From Clostridiales bacterium (GTDB taxonomy: Bacteria > Bacillota > Dehalobacteriia > UBA7702), in contig JAXGZS010000001.1 in NCBI GenBank assembly GCA_040776805.1, positions 413,016 to 477,015 of the forward strand: a stretch of 64,000 nt of DNA, read 5' to 3'. The notes beneath the pieces are model-generated. The model searched no databases and was not told the DNA's origin. It saw nothing but the letters and a program-made list of their open reading frames with translations. The position numbers and the translations under genes are program-made. This document shows, piece by piece, positions 9,627-18,899 of this stretch; position 1 is the stretch's first letter; each line of letters opens with the position of its first letter.

Positions 9627-11633
9627 TTGGATACCATGTTTTTCGGCACATTAGCATTTCTGATTTTATTTCCGACCGTGATTGCGCTGATTCTTTTGGC
9701 TGTTAAAAATGATGCCGCAAGAGGCGGAATTGTCAAAGTAGCGTCTATTCTGATCGCTTTGGGTTCCGTCGCTCTTGCCGTGGTGTATTTTATGAACGGG
9801 GGAGGCACGACCATTGCGTTCGACAGCGAAGTGGTTTCCTACGCCATGATGATCATCGAGATTCTTTTGGGTCTCGTCATCATCGTCCTCGGGATCAAGT
9901 ACAGACATTATTGGGCATCGGTTTTAGCGGCGATTCAGACGCCTTTGATGATTTGGTTTGAATTAACCAAAGGTCATAGCGTTGAAGTCAGCTACAATCT
10001 CTATGTCGACGGTCTTTCGGTAATCATGGCATTGATTATCGGAGTCATTGGTAGTCTTATCATTGTTTACGCTTTGGGCTACATGAAGGATTACCAACAT
10101 CACAACGCGGACAAACCGGATAGAAGACCATTCTTCTTTTTCATCATGTTTGTCTTCCTTGCCGCGATGTTCGGCATTGTCACCGCGAACAATTTGGTTT
10201 GGATGTATTTCTTCTGGGAAATTACGAGTTTGACCTCGTTCTTCCTGATCGGCTATTCCAAAACAGAAGAAGCGATCAAAAACTCCTTCCGCGCTCTGAT
10301 CATGAATCTCGGCGGCGGTCTCGGTTTTGTCCTCGCCATCCTTTTCTTGGGCAATTTCTGCGAAACCGTTGAATTGTCCGGCTTGCTCAGCGGCGGCGCC
10401 GCAGGAACTTGGGGTTACTATTTGACCATCCCCGTTGCCCTGCTGGCTTTTGCCGGGATCACCAAAGCCGCGCAAATGCCTTTCTCCAGTTGGCTCTTGG
10501 GCGCAATGGTGGCGCCGACTCCCGTTTCCGCGTTGCTCCATTCCTCCACCATGGTGAAAGCCGGTGTTTTCCTCATCATCAAGCTGGCTCCCGTGATGGG
10601 CGTATGGGTTCCCGGTTACGAACAGTCCTATAGCGCGCTCTATTATAATTACGCCGGCATTATGGTCATGATGGTCGGGGGTATTACCTTCCTCATCGCT
10701 TCCTTCATTGCCATTTCCCAGTCCAATGCCAAACGCGTTTTGGCTTATTCCACCGTGGCGAACCTCGGCTTGATCGTTTGCTGCGGCGGCATCGGTACCG
10801 CTGCTGCGGTTTGGGCCGGGATTATGCTGATTATCTTCCATGCCATCGCTAAATCTTTGCTGTTCCTCGGCGTCGGTACCACCGAACACCGCATCGGTAG
10901 CAGAGACATCGAGGATATGGACGGTCTCTTTGTGAGATTGCCCAATGTGGCGAAATTTATGATCGTTGGCATCTGCGGTATGTTTATCGCACCCTTCGGG
11001 ATGTTGATTTCCAAATGGGCGGCGATGGTTTCGTTTATCGATTCCGGTAATCCGTTCCTTATTTTACTGCTGGTCTTCGGTTCCGCGGCAACGCTGTTCT
11101 TCTGGGCCAAATGGCTCGGCAAGCTCACCGCCGTGGTCGCCGGCAAAGACAATCACGAAGCTCTGGGGATTTCCGGCGAAGAAAAAATGGTGCTTGGCAC
11201 CTTGACCGGCCTGACCGTGGCTGCTTGCTTGTTCTTCCCGATCCTTTCCTCCGGCGCGGTGGTTCCCTATCTCAGCGGATTCTTCTCCGATATTGAGACA
11301 GGCATGTTAAGCAGCGGTAACCTCGCGATTATGGTCTTTATGGTGGCCGCGCTCATTTTGTTGGTCGCCTTCTTCTACGGCAAAACCAATAAGAAGATCG
11401 TACCGATCTATCTTTCCGGTGAAAATGTAGGCGATGATATCTCTTTCCGCAACTCCTTTAAAAAGAATCAGGCTTCCCAGTTGAAAAACTGGTACATGGA
11501 AGCCTATTTCGGTGAAAAGAAAATGAATCGGATCGGTATCATCAGCACAGTTCTGATCATTACCCTTGTCGCTCTTTGGATCGGTGTGATGGCCGGTATT
11601 TTGCTCCACTATTTCCAGGGAGGTGCGTTCTGA
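9627..11633 (+). CDS. echA: Energy-converting hydrogenase subunit A (complex-I NuoL/antiporter-like proton-pumping membrane subunit)
   Basis: A 668-aa polytopic protein with the NuoL/MrpA-like core (...SWLLGAMVAPTPVSALLHSSTMVKAGVFL...). It is the first gene of a six-gene ech-type cluster. The start appears to be TTG 9627, after GAGGGG. Confidence 0.8.
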   Translation: MDTMFFGTLAFLILFPTVIALILLAVKNDAARGGIVKVASILIALGSVALAVVYFMNGGGTTIAFDSEVVSYAMMIIEILLGLVIIVLGIKYRHYWASVLAAIQTPLMIWFELTKGHSVEVSYNLYVDGLSVIMALIIGVIGSLIIVYALGYMKDYQHHNADKPDRRPFFFFIMFVFLAAMFGIVTANNLVWMYFFWEITSLTSFFLIGYSKTEEAIKNSFRALIMNLGGGLGFVLAILFLGNFCETVELSGLLSGGAAGTWGYYLTIPVALLAFAGITKAAQMPFSSWLLGAMVAPTPVSALLHSSTMVKAGVFLIIKLAPVMGVWVPGYEQSYSALYYNYAGIMVMMVGGITFLIASFIAISQSNAKRVLAYSTVANLGLIVCCGGIGTAAAVWAGIMLIIFHAIAKSLLFLGVGTTEHRIGSRDIEDMDGLFVRLPNVAKFMIVGICGMFIAPFGMLISKWAAMVSFIDSGNPFLILLLVFGSAATLFFWAKWLGKLTAVVAGKDNHEALGISGEEKMVLGTLTGLTVAACLFFPILSSGAVVPYLSGFFSDIETGMLSSGNLAIMVFMVAALILLVAFFYGKTNKKIVPIYLSGENVGDDISFRNSFKKNQASQLKNWYMEAYFGEKKMNRIGIISTVLIITLVALWIGVMAGILLHYFQGGAF

Positions 11634-12556
11634 TGACAATTGGATTTCTTTCCGACGCCTTCGGTTTTAACTTTGGTATATGGAACATCGTTTCCATGCT
11701 TGCCTTTGTTGTTTTGGCGCCTTTCGTCGGCGGTTTACTGGCCGGGATCGACCGTAAAATTACCGCGAGAATGCAGGGACGTTTTGGCCCCCCCATCCTT
11801 CAGCCTTTTTACGATGTGCTAAAGCTGACGGAAAAAGAACCGATTACCGTCAATAACTACCAGGACTTCTATATTGGGAGTTTCCTATTCTTCATTATCT
11901 TGACCGGCGTGTTTTTCTTTGCCGGTGGCGATCTCTTACTGGTGATCTTCGCCCTGACCTTGGCCAGTGTATTCATGATTGTGGCGGCGTTTTCCTCCAA
12001 CTCTCCTTACGCCCAGGTCGGCGCGGAACGTGAATTGCTCCAGATGATGGCTTACGAACCCATGGTCCTTTTGACCGCCGTTGGTTTTTACATGGTCATC
12101 GGCACCTTTGATGTGATCGACGTGCTCTCTGCCAATCTCCCCGCCATCGTTTATTTGCCCGGCGTTTTCATTGGTTTTGTCTACATTCTGACCTTGAAAT
12201 TCAGAAAATCGCCTTTCGATTTGAGTATGTCCCACCACGCGCATCAGGAATTGGTCAAAGGACTTTCCACGGAGTTATCCGGTAAAACCTTGGCTTTGCT
12301 GGAAATTGCCCACTGGTATGAAAACGTATTCCTGCTGGGTTTCGTTTTCCTTTTCGTTGCGTACACCAATTGGATCAGCGTCATCGTCGCCGTCGTTGTC
12401 TGTCTGCTGATTTACTTCTTTGAAGTATTCATCGACAACAACTTCGCCAGAATGAAATGGCAGGTCGCCATGAATTCTTCCTGGGTCATTGCGCTGACCG
12501 TTGGCTTTGTTAATATTTTCGTGCTGTATTTCCTGAAACTGTTCGGGGTATTATAA
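11633..12556 (+). CDS. echB: Energy-converting hydrogenase subunit B (NuoH-like membrane subunit)
   Basis: A TGATG overlap with the echA stop and GGAGGTG 7 nt upstream. The protein is an 8-TM NuoH/HyfC-like membrane subunit. The ORF-track N-terminal extension overlaps echA and was discarded. Confidence 0.8.
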   Translation: MTIGFLSDAFGFNFGIWNIVSMLAFVVLAPFVGGLLAGIDRKITARMQGRFGPPILQPFYDVLKLTEKEPITVNNYQDFYIGSFLFFIILTGVFFFAGGDLLLVIFALTLASVFMIVAAFSSNSPYAQVGAERELLQMMAYEPMVLLTAVGFYMVIGTFDVIDVLSANLPAIVYLPGVFIGFVYILTLKFRKSPFDLSMSHHAHQELVKGLSTELSGKTLALLEIAHWYENVFLLGFVFLFVAYTNWISVIVAVVVCLLIYFFEVFIDNNFARMKWQVAMNSSWVIALTVGFVNIFVLYFLKLFGVL

Positions 12557-12570
12557 GAGGAGGTGTCAAT

Positions 12571-13086
12571 ATGTCATATGTAACCAAATCACCCTGGTTG
12601 ATTCATTATGATGGTTCAAGCTGTAACGGCTGTGATATTGAAGTGTTGGCGTGCCTTACCCCGATGTATGACGCCGAACGGTTTGGTATCATCAATACCG
12701 GGAATCCAAAACATGCCGATATTTTCCTCGTCACCGGCGGCGTGAACGAGCAGAATAAAAATGTAGTCAAACAGATCTACGATCAGATGCCCGAACCGAA
12801 AGTCGTTGTGGCGGTAGGGATCTGCGCCTGTTCCGGCGGAATTTTTGCGGAATGCTATAATATCCTCGGCGGCGCCGACAAGGTGATCCCTGTGGATGTC
12901 TACGTTCCCGGCTGCGCGGCCAGACCGGAACAGATCATTGACGGTATTGTCCAGGGCCTCGGCGTGCTTGCCGAGAAAAGAGCCGCGATGGGCAAAGCCC
13001 CGGCGGCCACGGCTGCAGCGGCGGCAAAACCCCAGGACAAACCGGAAGAAAAGCCCGCTGCGGAACCGGAAGCTAAACCGGAGTAA
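12571..13086 (+). CDS. echC: Energy-converting hydrogenase small subunit (NuoB-like, [4Fe-4S]) with an Ala/Pro/Glu/Lys-rich C-terminal tail
   Basis: The NuoB-type cysteines (CNGCD...ICACSGG...VPGCAARP) are present. The RBS is AAGAGGAGGTG. Confidence 0.8.
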   Translation: MSYVTKSPWLIHYDGSSCNGCDIEVLACLTPMYDAERFGIINTGNPKHADIFLVTGGVNEQNKNVVKQIYDQMPEPKVVVAVGICACSGGIFAECYNILGGADKVIPVDVYVPGCAARPEQIIDGIVQGLGVLAEKRAAMGKAPAATAAAAAKPQDKPEEKPAAEPEAKPE

Positions 13087-13101
13087 AGTAGGAGGTATTT
13101 A

Positions 13102-13449
13102 ATGTTTACGGATTTTAATCTAAAAGTCATTGAACCTACCGAATTGGTCGATACTGCCCGTACTTTAAAAGCAGAAGGTTATCGGATGGTGCAGATCTGC
13201 GCGACGAAAATCCCCGATGCTTATGAATTAACCTATAGCTTCGATAAGGATCTCGAGTTATACCATTATCGCGTGATTCTTCCTGAAGGCCAGGATATTC
13301 AAAGCATCACCGATTCCTACTTCGCGGCTTTTGTTTACGAAAACGAAATAAAAGACCTTTTCGGTATCAACATTACACACATTGCTCTCGATTTCCAAGG
13401 CGGTTTCTTCGTGACCAACGAACCCACGCCGTGGAAAGACAGCAAGTAA
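13102..13449 (+). CDS. echD: Energy-converting hydrogenase subunit D (small NuoC-like subunit)
   Basis: A 115-aa ORF between the small and large subunit genes, in the position expected for EchD. The RBS is AGGAGG. Confidence 0.65.
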   Translation: MFTDFNLKVIEPTELVDTARTLKAEGYRMVQICATKIPDAYELTYSFDKDLELYHYRVILPEGQDIQSITDSYFAAFVYENEIKDLFGINITHIALDFQGGFFVTNEPTPWKDSK

Positions 13450-13465
13450 GAAAGGAAGGTAGAAC

Positions 13466-14545
13466 ATGGCAAAACAAACTATTATTCCTTTCGGACCGCA
13501 ACATCCGGTTTTGCCGGAGCCGGTTCATCTCGACCTTGTGCTGGAAGATGAAAAAGTCGTTCAGGCGATTCCCTCCATCGGCTTTATCCACAGAGGTCTT
13601 GAAAAACTGGTGGAAAAGAAGGAATATACCGAACTGATGTATGTCACCGAAAGAATTTGCGGTATTTGCGCTTTCGGTCATAACTGGGGCTATTGCCACG
13701 CCATTGAGATTTTGCTCAACGTCGAAGTCCCTGAAAGAGCGGAATACCTCAGAATCATGTGGCATGAAATGTCCAGAGTTCACAGCCATCTGCTTTGGCT
13801 CGGTCTCCTTGCCGACGCTTTTGGTTTTGAAAGCTTATTCATGCATTGCTGGCGCTTAAGAGAAGGGGTTCTTGATCTCTTCGAAAAAACCACCGGCGGC
13901 CGCGTGATTTTCTCCGTGAATAAAATCGGCGGCGTTCACCGTGACGTCAGTCCTGAAATGCTCAAGGAGATCTCCACAGTGATTGCGGGGATGAAAAAAG
14001 AATACGACGAGCTGGCCACAGTTTTTATGGAGGACATCTCCGTGAAGAACCGTACCGTCGGCGTGGGCAAGGTGTCCAAAGAAGACGCCGCGGCCCTCTG
14101 CGCCGTTGGCCCCACCGCCCGTGGTTCCGGGATTTCTACGGATATCCGCAGCACCGGCCATAGTATTTACGGGAAGCTTGGTTTTGAACCCATCGTGGAA
14201 GAAGGCGGCGACTGCTATGCCCGCGCCCTGGTCCGCGTGAAAGAAGTATACCAATCCATGGAAATGATTCAGAAGATCATTGCCGAAATGCCCGAAGGTG
14301 AAATCGCCGTGGCCGTCAAAGGGAAACCGGAAGGCGAATTCATGGCCCGGGTAGAACAGCCCCGGGGGGAATCCTGCTACTATGTAAAAGGTAACGGTAC
14401 CAAAAACCTGGACCGTATGAGAATCAGAACGCCTACAAATATCAACGTTCCTTTCCTCGTCAGCGCATTGGCCGGTTGTGAATTGGCCGACGTGCCCGTC
14501 ATCGTTCTAAGTATCGACCCCTGCATCAGCTGCACAGAAAGATAA
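13466..14545 (+). CDS. echE: [NiFe] hydrogenase large subunit of the energy-converting hydrogenase (NuoD-like)
   Basis: The N-terminal RICGICAFGH and C-terminal DPCISCTER motifs are the two CxxC pairs that ligate the Ni-Fe site. Confidence 0.85.
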   Translation: MAKQTIIPFGPQHPVLPEPVHLDLVLEDEKVVQAIPSIGFIHRGLEKLVEKKEYTELMYVTERICGICAFGHNWGYCHAIEILLNVEVPERAEYLRIMWHEMSRVHSHLLWLGLLADAFGFESLFMHCWRLREGVLDLFEKTTGGRVIFSVNKIGGVHRDVSPEMLKEISTVIAGMKKEYDELATVFMEDISVKNRTVGVGKVSKEDAAALCAVGPTARGSGISTDIRSTGHSIYGKLGFEPIVEEGGDCYARALVRVKEVYQSMEMIQKIIAEMPEGEIAVAVKGKPEGEFMARVEQPRGESCYYVKGNGTKNLDRMRIRTPTNINVPFLVSALAGCELADVPVIVLSIDPCISCTER

Positions 14546-14556
14546 GGAGGATAGAT

Positions 14557-14937
14557 ATGGCATCATTTAAAATGGGTAAGATGGTAATGAGAAGCCTGTT
14601 TGGTAAGCCGGCTACCCTCATGTATCCCGTGAAACCCGCAAAAATCACGGAAGCCACCCGTGGTCATATAACCATTGATGTGGATACCTGCATCTTCTGT
14701 GGCATCTGTCAGAAAAAATGCCCCACCAACGCCATCGTCGTTGACCGCAAAGACCGGGTTTGGAGCATTGAACGCATGAGATGCATCCAGTGCAACGCCT
14801 GCGCGGTAAACTGCCCCAAAGACTCGTTGCTGATGGAAACGACGTATACCGCTCCCAGCGCGGTAAAAATTACCGATACCTTCCAGGGGCCGCCCAAAGA
14901 GGAAAAGGCTCCGAAAGAAGCTGCGGCGGAAGCATAA
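14557..14937 (+). CDS. echF: Energy-converting hydrogenase subunit F (2x[4Fe-4S] ferredoxin, NuoI-like)
   Basis: Two CxxCxxCxxxCP motifs are present (CIFCGICQKKCP and CIQCNACAVNCP). Confidence 0.8.
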   Translation: MASFKMGKMVMRSLFGKPATLMYPVKPAKITEATRGHITIDVDTCIFCGICQKKCPTNAIVVDRKDRVWSIERMRCIQCNACAVNCPKDSLLMETTYTAPSAVKITDTFQGPPKEEKAPKEAAAEA

Positions 14938-14960
14938 AGCCACGGAAAACGGTGTAATCT

Positions 14961-15305
14961 ATGCATGAATATCCGATCACCCAGCAGATCATCAAAATCG
15001 CCGAAAATCACGCCAAAAAGGCCGGTTCAGCCAAAGTGACCGCCATCCATTTAGTGGTTGGCGAGTACTCCGGCTTCATCGGCGAGAGTATTCAGATGTA
15101 CTTTGACGTCATCTCTAAAAACACCCTCTGCGATGGCGCGAAAATCAACATTCAAAGAGTAAAGCCAAAACTGCAATGCAATCAGTGCGGCGCCTATTTT
15201 GAAAGGAGAGCGTTTTCCTTTCAATGCCCTGAATGCGGCGGTGAAGGCGGTCCAACGGAGATCGGCAAAGAATTCTATATAGATTCCATTGAAGTTGAAA
15301 CGTGA
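14961..15305 (+). CDS. hypA: Hydrogenase nickel-insertion / maturation factor HypA
   Basis: The N-terminus MHEYPITQQIIKIAE and the zinc ribbon CNQCGAYF...CPECG are typical of HypA (114 aa). Confidence 0.8.
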   Translation: MHEYPITQQIIKIAENHAKKAGSAKVTAIHLVVGEYSGFIGESIQMYFDVISKNTLCDGAKINIQRVKPKLQCNQCGAYFERRAFSFQCPECGGEGGPTEIGKEFYIDSIEVET

Positions 15306-15326
15306 TGAAGTTGAGACTTGCGATGA

Positions 15327-15351
15327 GGGGCAGGCACAACGTGCCTGCCCC
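15327..15351 (+). terminator. Strong GC hairpin (GGGGCAGGCAC-aac-GTGCCTGCCCC) 22 nt after the hypA stop; a terminator or REP-like element, without a U-tail
   Basis: An 11-bp perfect stem, read directly from the sequence. Confidence 0.45.
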
Positions 15352-15358
15352 TTACGGC

Positions 15359-15384
15359 TTCCCAGAGCGGCTAATACACGGCAA
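15359..15384 (+). repeat. 26-nt direct repeat, copy 1 (TTCCCAGAGCGGCTAATACACGGCAA)
   Basis: This matches copy 2 at 15486-15511 with 2 mismatches. Confidence 0.5.
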
Positions 15385-15485
15385 CCCCCCTGCCTCGCGA
15401 CAGCTTGTGTACTTTGGTGTACACGGCGCGGCCGCAAGCCAGTGCGTTCACCGCGTCTAAGCCGTTCTGAAAAGCCTTGAACTTC

Positions 15486-15511
15486 TTCCCAGAGTGGCTG
15501 ATACACGGCAA
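15486..15511 (+). repeat. 26-nt direct repeat, copy 2 (TTCCCAGAGTGGCTGATACACGGCAA)
   Basis: It lies 127 bp downstream of copy 1. A 10/11 inverted-repeat pair (15445-15455 CGTTCACCGCG and 15576-15585 CGCGGTGAAC) surrounds it. Confidence 0.5.
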
Positions 15512-15611
15512 AATGCGTCGAAGCCGCCCCAAGCCTTGCTCGGATTACCAAGATTGACGATAACATCGACTGATCCGCGGTGAACCCGCGTTTTCATATT
15601 GACCCGGTCTT

Positions 15612-15636
15612 CTTGTCGAAACAAGGAGTTTTTTTG
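15612..15636 (+). terminator. Terminator-like hairpin (CTTGTcgaaACAAG followed by T8) in the hypB leader; a second one follows at 15666-15686 (TCCGCaagGGCGGA followed by T6)
   Basis: Two short stem-loops with U-runs lie within 100 nt upstream of the hypB RBS. A third (CCGCGG-tgaac-CCGCGG followed by TTTT) is at 15576-15594. Confidence 0.4.
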
Positions 15637-15712
15637 AAAACGGAGAACATATAAGTAGTGAATCTTCCGCAAGGGCGGATTTTTTAAAAACCGGTTTTCT
15701 AAAGGAGAACAG

Positions 15713-16372
15713 ATGATGCACGACGTGATGAGAATTGATATCAAAGAAAATATCCATGATGAAAACGATCATATCGCAGAACATGTAAAGGAACACTTTT
15801 CCGCCCACGGTATCCTGGTGGTCAACGTGATGGGCGCACCCGGCGTCGGCAAAACAACGACGCTGAAGAATATATTCCAACACCTGCAAACAGCGAAGCC
15901 TTACGTGATTGAGGGCGATATCGAAAGCGATATCGATACCCAGGATCTGCAAAACAGGGGCATCGACACCTTTCAAATCAACACCTTCGGCGCCTGTCAT
16001 CTTGACGCGCCCTTAATCCATGAAGCCATCCATAAGATGGACTTCAACGAGGAGGGGATTCTCTTCATTGAGAACATCGGCAATCTCGTCTGCCCCGCGG
16101 AGTTTTCCATCGGGGAACATGTGAAAATGCTCATCAGCACGGTCACCGAAGGCAGTGATAAACCGTATAAATATCCTTTGGCCTTTGAAAAAGCCGACAT
16201 CATCCTGATCAATAAATGCGATTTGTTGCCTTATGTTGATTTTGATGAGGAGTTCTTTATGAAAGGCGTACGGGCCCAAAACAAAGACGTACCCGTTTTT
16301 AAAGTTTCGGGGAAAACCGGCGAGGGCTACGCGGAAGTCGCCGCCTGGCTGGAAAAACATGATCTCGACTAA
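15713..16372 (+). CDS. hypB: Hydrogenase maturation nickel metallochaperone / GTPase HypB
   Basis: The P-loop GAPGVGKTT, the ENIGNLVCPAEF motif (CPA...) and the NKCDL GTPase motif are all present. The RBS AAAGGAG lies 5 nt upstream. Confidence 0.85.
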   Translation: MMHDVMRIDIKENIHDENDHIAEHVKEHFSAHGILVVNVMGAPGVGKTTTLKNIFQHLQTAKPYVIEGDIESDIDTQDLQNRGIDTFQINTFGACHLDAPLIHEAIHKMDFNEEGILFIENIGNLVCPAEFSIGEHVKMLISTVTEGSDKPYKYPLAFEKADIILINKCDLLPYVDFDEEFFMKGVRAQNKDVPVFKVSGKTGEGYAEVAAWLEKHDLD

Positions 16373-16385
16373 CCGGAGTGAACGG

Positions 16386-18721
16386 ATGCAAACGGAAAAA
16401 ATAACGATCTGGGGCATCGTCCAGGGAGTCGGCTTTCGGCCCTTTATCGCGAAGCTCGGCGACGAAATGGCTATGGCAGGCGTGGTGCGCAATAACGGCG
16501 GTCTCGTGGAGATCACCGTCACCGATACGCAAGCGCGCATCGACGCTTTTGTCGCCGCCATCAAGGCGCGAAAGCCTTTGCCCGCGGAAATCGTCCATCT
16601 ACGCAGAGAACGAAAACCGTTTCAGGAATTTGAGGGCTTCTCCATTGCCGCCAGCGGCGAAATCGACGACGAAGCGCCGATGATCCCGGCGGATCTTGCC
16701 CTTTGCCCCGCTTGTTTCAATGACTTGAACGACAAAGCAAATCCCCGCTACCGCCATCCTTTTATCAGCTGTATGGCCTGTGGCCCCCGGTATACGATCA
16801 TTGACAAAATCCCTTATGACCGGGCGCATACGGCCATGGCCGATTTCCCCATGTGCAGCTTTTGTGAAAAAGAGTACACCGATAGAAATGACCGCCGCTA
16901 TCACGCCCAGACCATCTCCTGTCATGATTGCGGCCCCCAGCTGAAAAAATATCAAAGTGATCTTGAAAAGGAGGACGCCGTCAAAGAAGCTGTCTCCCTC
17001 CTCTCAAAAGGTGAGATCATTGCCGTAAAAGGCGTCGGCGGCTACAATTTTATCGCGTCTCCCTTTTGCCATGAGGCCGTGGTGCGGCTGCGACAACTCA
17101 AGGGCCGGGAGGAAAAGCCTTTTGCCGTGATGTTCTACGATGAAACCCAGGTCAGAGCGTATTGCGATCTGACGGAGGAGGAAAGCGCCCTTTTAAACAG
17201 CGCCGCCCGCCCCATCGTGCTCCTGGAAACGAAGAAAACGGCTTTTTCCCCGGAAGTCAATAAGACGAGCCGCTACACCGGCTGTTTTTGCCGAGCATGG
17301 GTTTGCAGTATCTCCTCATCGAAGCTTGCGGCCCCCTCATCGTCACCAGCGGCAATCTCTCCGATATGCCGATGATCCGTGAGGATGAAAAGATGTTTCG
17401 TCTCTATGAAGAGAAAAAGTAGCTCCTTGCCGCCGTTTTTTATCACGACCGCGGCATTCGTATGACCGTTGACGATTCCGTGGTGCGGGTTATTGATCAT
17501 CAGCCCCAAATGATCCGCCGGGCCAAGGGCTACGCCCCGGTACCGCTTTTTATCGCCGGTGACGCGCCCCTTAAAAAAGAGGATCAGATCTTGGCCCTTG
17601 GCGGTCAGCTCAAAGCGGCGTTTACCTTGAGCAAAGGCCATTTTGCCTATGTCAGCCAATTTTTCGGCGATCTCGACGCCGAAGAGATCCGCAGGAATTA
17701 TGTGGAAACCATCGAGGATTTAAAGGCGCTTTTTCATATCACGCCGCAACTTCTCGTTACCGATATGCATCCCCTCTACTTCACTTACAATTTTGCCAAG
17801 GAATACGGGGAAAAACACCAAATCCCGATTTTGCGGGTGCAGCATCACCACGCCCACGTGGCTTCGGTCATGGCCGAGCACGGCCTTGGCGGCGACGTCA
17901 TCGGCGTCAGCTTTGACGGCACCGGCTACGGTGCTGACGGGACCATCTGGGGCGGTGAATTTCTCGTCTGCAACGGCGCAAAATATCTAAGAGCCGCCCA
18001 TTTACAGACGATTCCCATGATCGGCGGCGATCATTCCATGAAGGAAGCCTGGAAAACGGCGATGTGTTACATGGCCTCGGTGGGAGGTGCGGCGGAAAAA
18101 TCCCCCCTTTCTACCGATAACCGTTACGCGGTGGTCAAAGCCGGCTTGTATCATGGGATCAACGGCATCGGCAGTTCCAGTATGGGACGGCTTTTCGACG
18201 CTGTGGCGGCGCTCCTCGGCATTGCTATGGAAAACCGTTACGAGGGAGAATGCGCCATTATGCTGGAGAACGCCGCGGCCCGCGCCGAAAAGCTGGGCCT
18301 CTCTCCCCATAAGATGGTCTTTATGTATTGGAACGACGGCGGTGTTTGGCAGATTTCCGCGGCTCCGATCCTCCAGGCCATTGCCCGCGGTCTCGACCAG
18401 GGCGTCGCCATCGACTGCATGGCCCTGGGCTTTCACCAAGCGGTGGGGGACATGGTCGCCGCCTTGGCGGAAAAGATCAGGGAAGAGGTTCCTACGAACC
18501 AAGTGGCATTGACAGGCGGTGTTTTTCAGAATAAAATCTTAATGGAATATACCTTGTCCCTTTTGCGGACAAAGGGTTTTGATGTATATTACAATATATC
18601 TGTCGGTCCCAATGACGGTGGCGTCTCTCTGGGACAAACATATATTGCGATGGAATATCTGAAGGAGGATCAACATGTGCATTGCGATTCCGGGCAAACT
18701 CATGACCATGGAAGGCAGTAA
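16386..18721 (+). pseudogene. hypF: hypF (carbamoyltransferase HypF), disrupted by a -1 frameshift in a T5 run near 17285-17289 and an in-frame TAG at 17420-17422
   Basis: The acylphosphatase domain (WGIVQGVGFRPF), two Cx2C-x18-Cx2C zinc fingers and a YrdC-like segment (GEIIAVKGVGGYNF) are read in frame 0 up to about 17283. The continuation LPSMGLQYLLIEACGPLIVTSGNLSDMPM...EEKK is in frame 2 and stops at TAG. LLAAVFYHDRGIRMTVDDSVVR...RRAKGYAP and the Kae1-like C-terminal domain (HHHAH...) then continue in the same frame to 18721. Confidence 0.7.
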
Positions 18722-18899
18722 AGGAACGGTCAGTTTCGGCGGTACGGAAATGAAAGTCCATCTCGGCCTGGTGGAAGCCAACATTGGCGATTATGTGCTG
18801 GTACACGCCGGCTGCGCCATTGAGGTGCTGCCGGAAGACCGGGCCCAGGAAATGATCGAGCTCTTTAAAGAATTAGATGACGAAGTGGAAAAAATCTGA
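18675..18899 (+). CDS. hypC: Hydrogenase assembly chaperone HypC
   Basis: The N-terminal MCIAIPGKL (essential Cys2) and 74-aa length fit HypC. The RBS is AAGGAGG. Confidence 0.85.
   Translation: MCIAIPGKLMTMEGSKGTVSFGGTEMKVHLGLVEANIGDYVLVHAGCAIEVLPEDRAQEMIELFKELDDEVEKI

Noticed and set aside
9963-10889. 308-aa minus-strand ORF (and many other 60-170 aa ORFs) antisense to echA, the stnC-like gene, hyp genes and others
   Set aside because: These are typical GC-rich antisense shadow ORFs. They lie wholly inside strongly supported genes, lack RBSs and give low-complexity Arg/Gly/Pro-rich products.
15359-15511. Possible CRISPR array based on the two 26-nt direct repeats
   Set aside because: There are only two copies with a 101-bp spacer, no cas genes, and the repeats are imperfect. 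It is better described as a local direct repeat or REP-like element.
17420-17422. Recoded stop (pyrrolysine or selenocysteine) in hypF
   Set aside because: TAG rather than TGA rules out Sec. No pyl genes or PYLIS context are visible. A nearby frameshift in a homopolymer points to an error or pseudogene instead.
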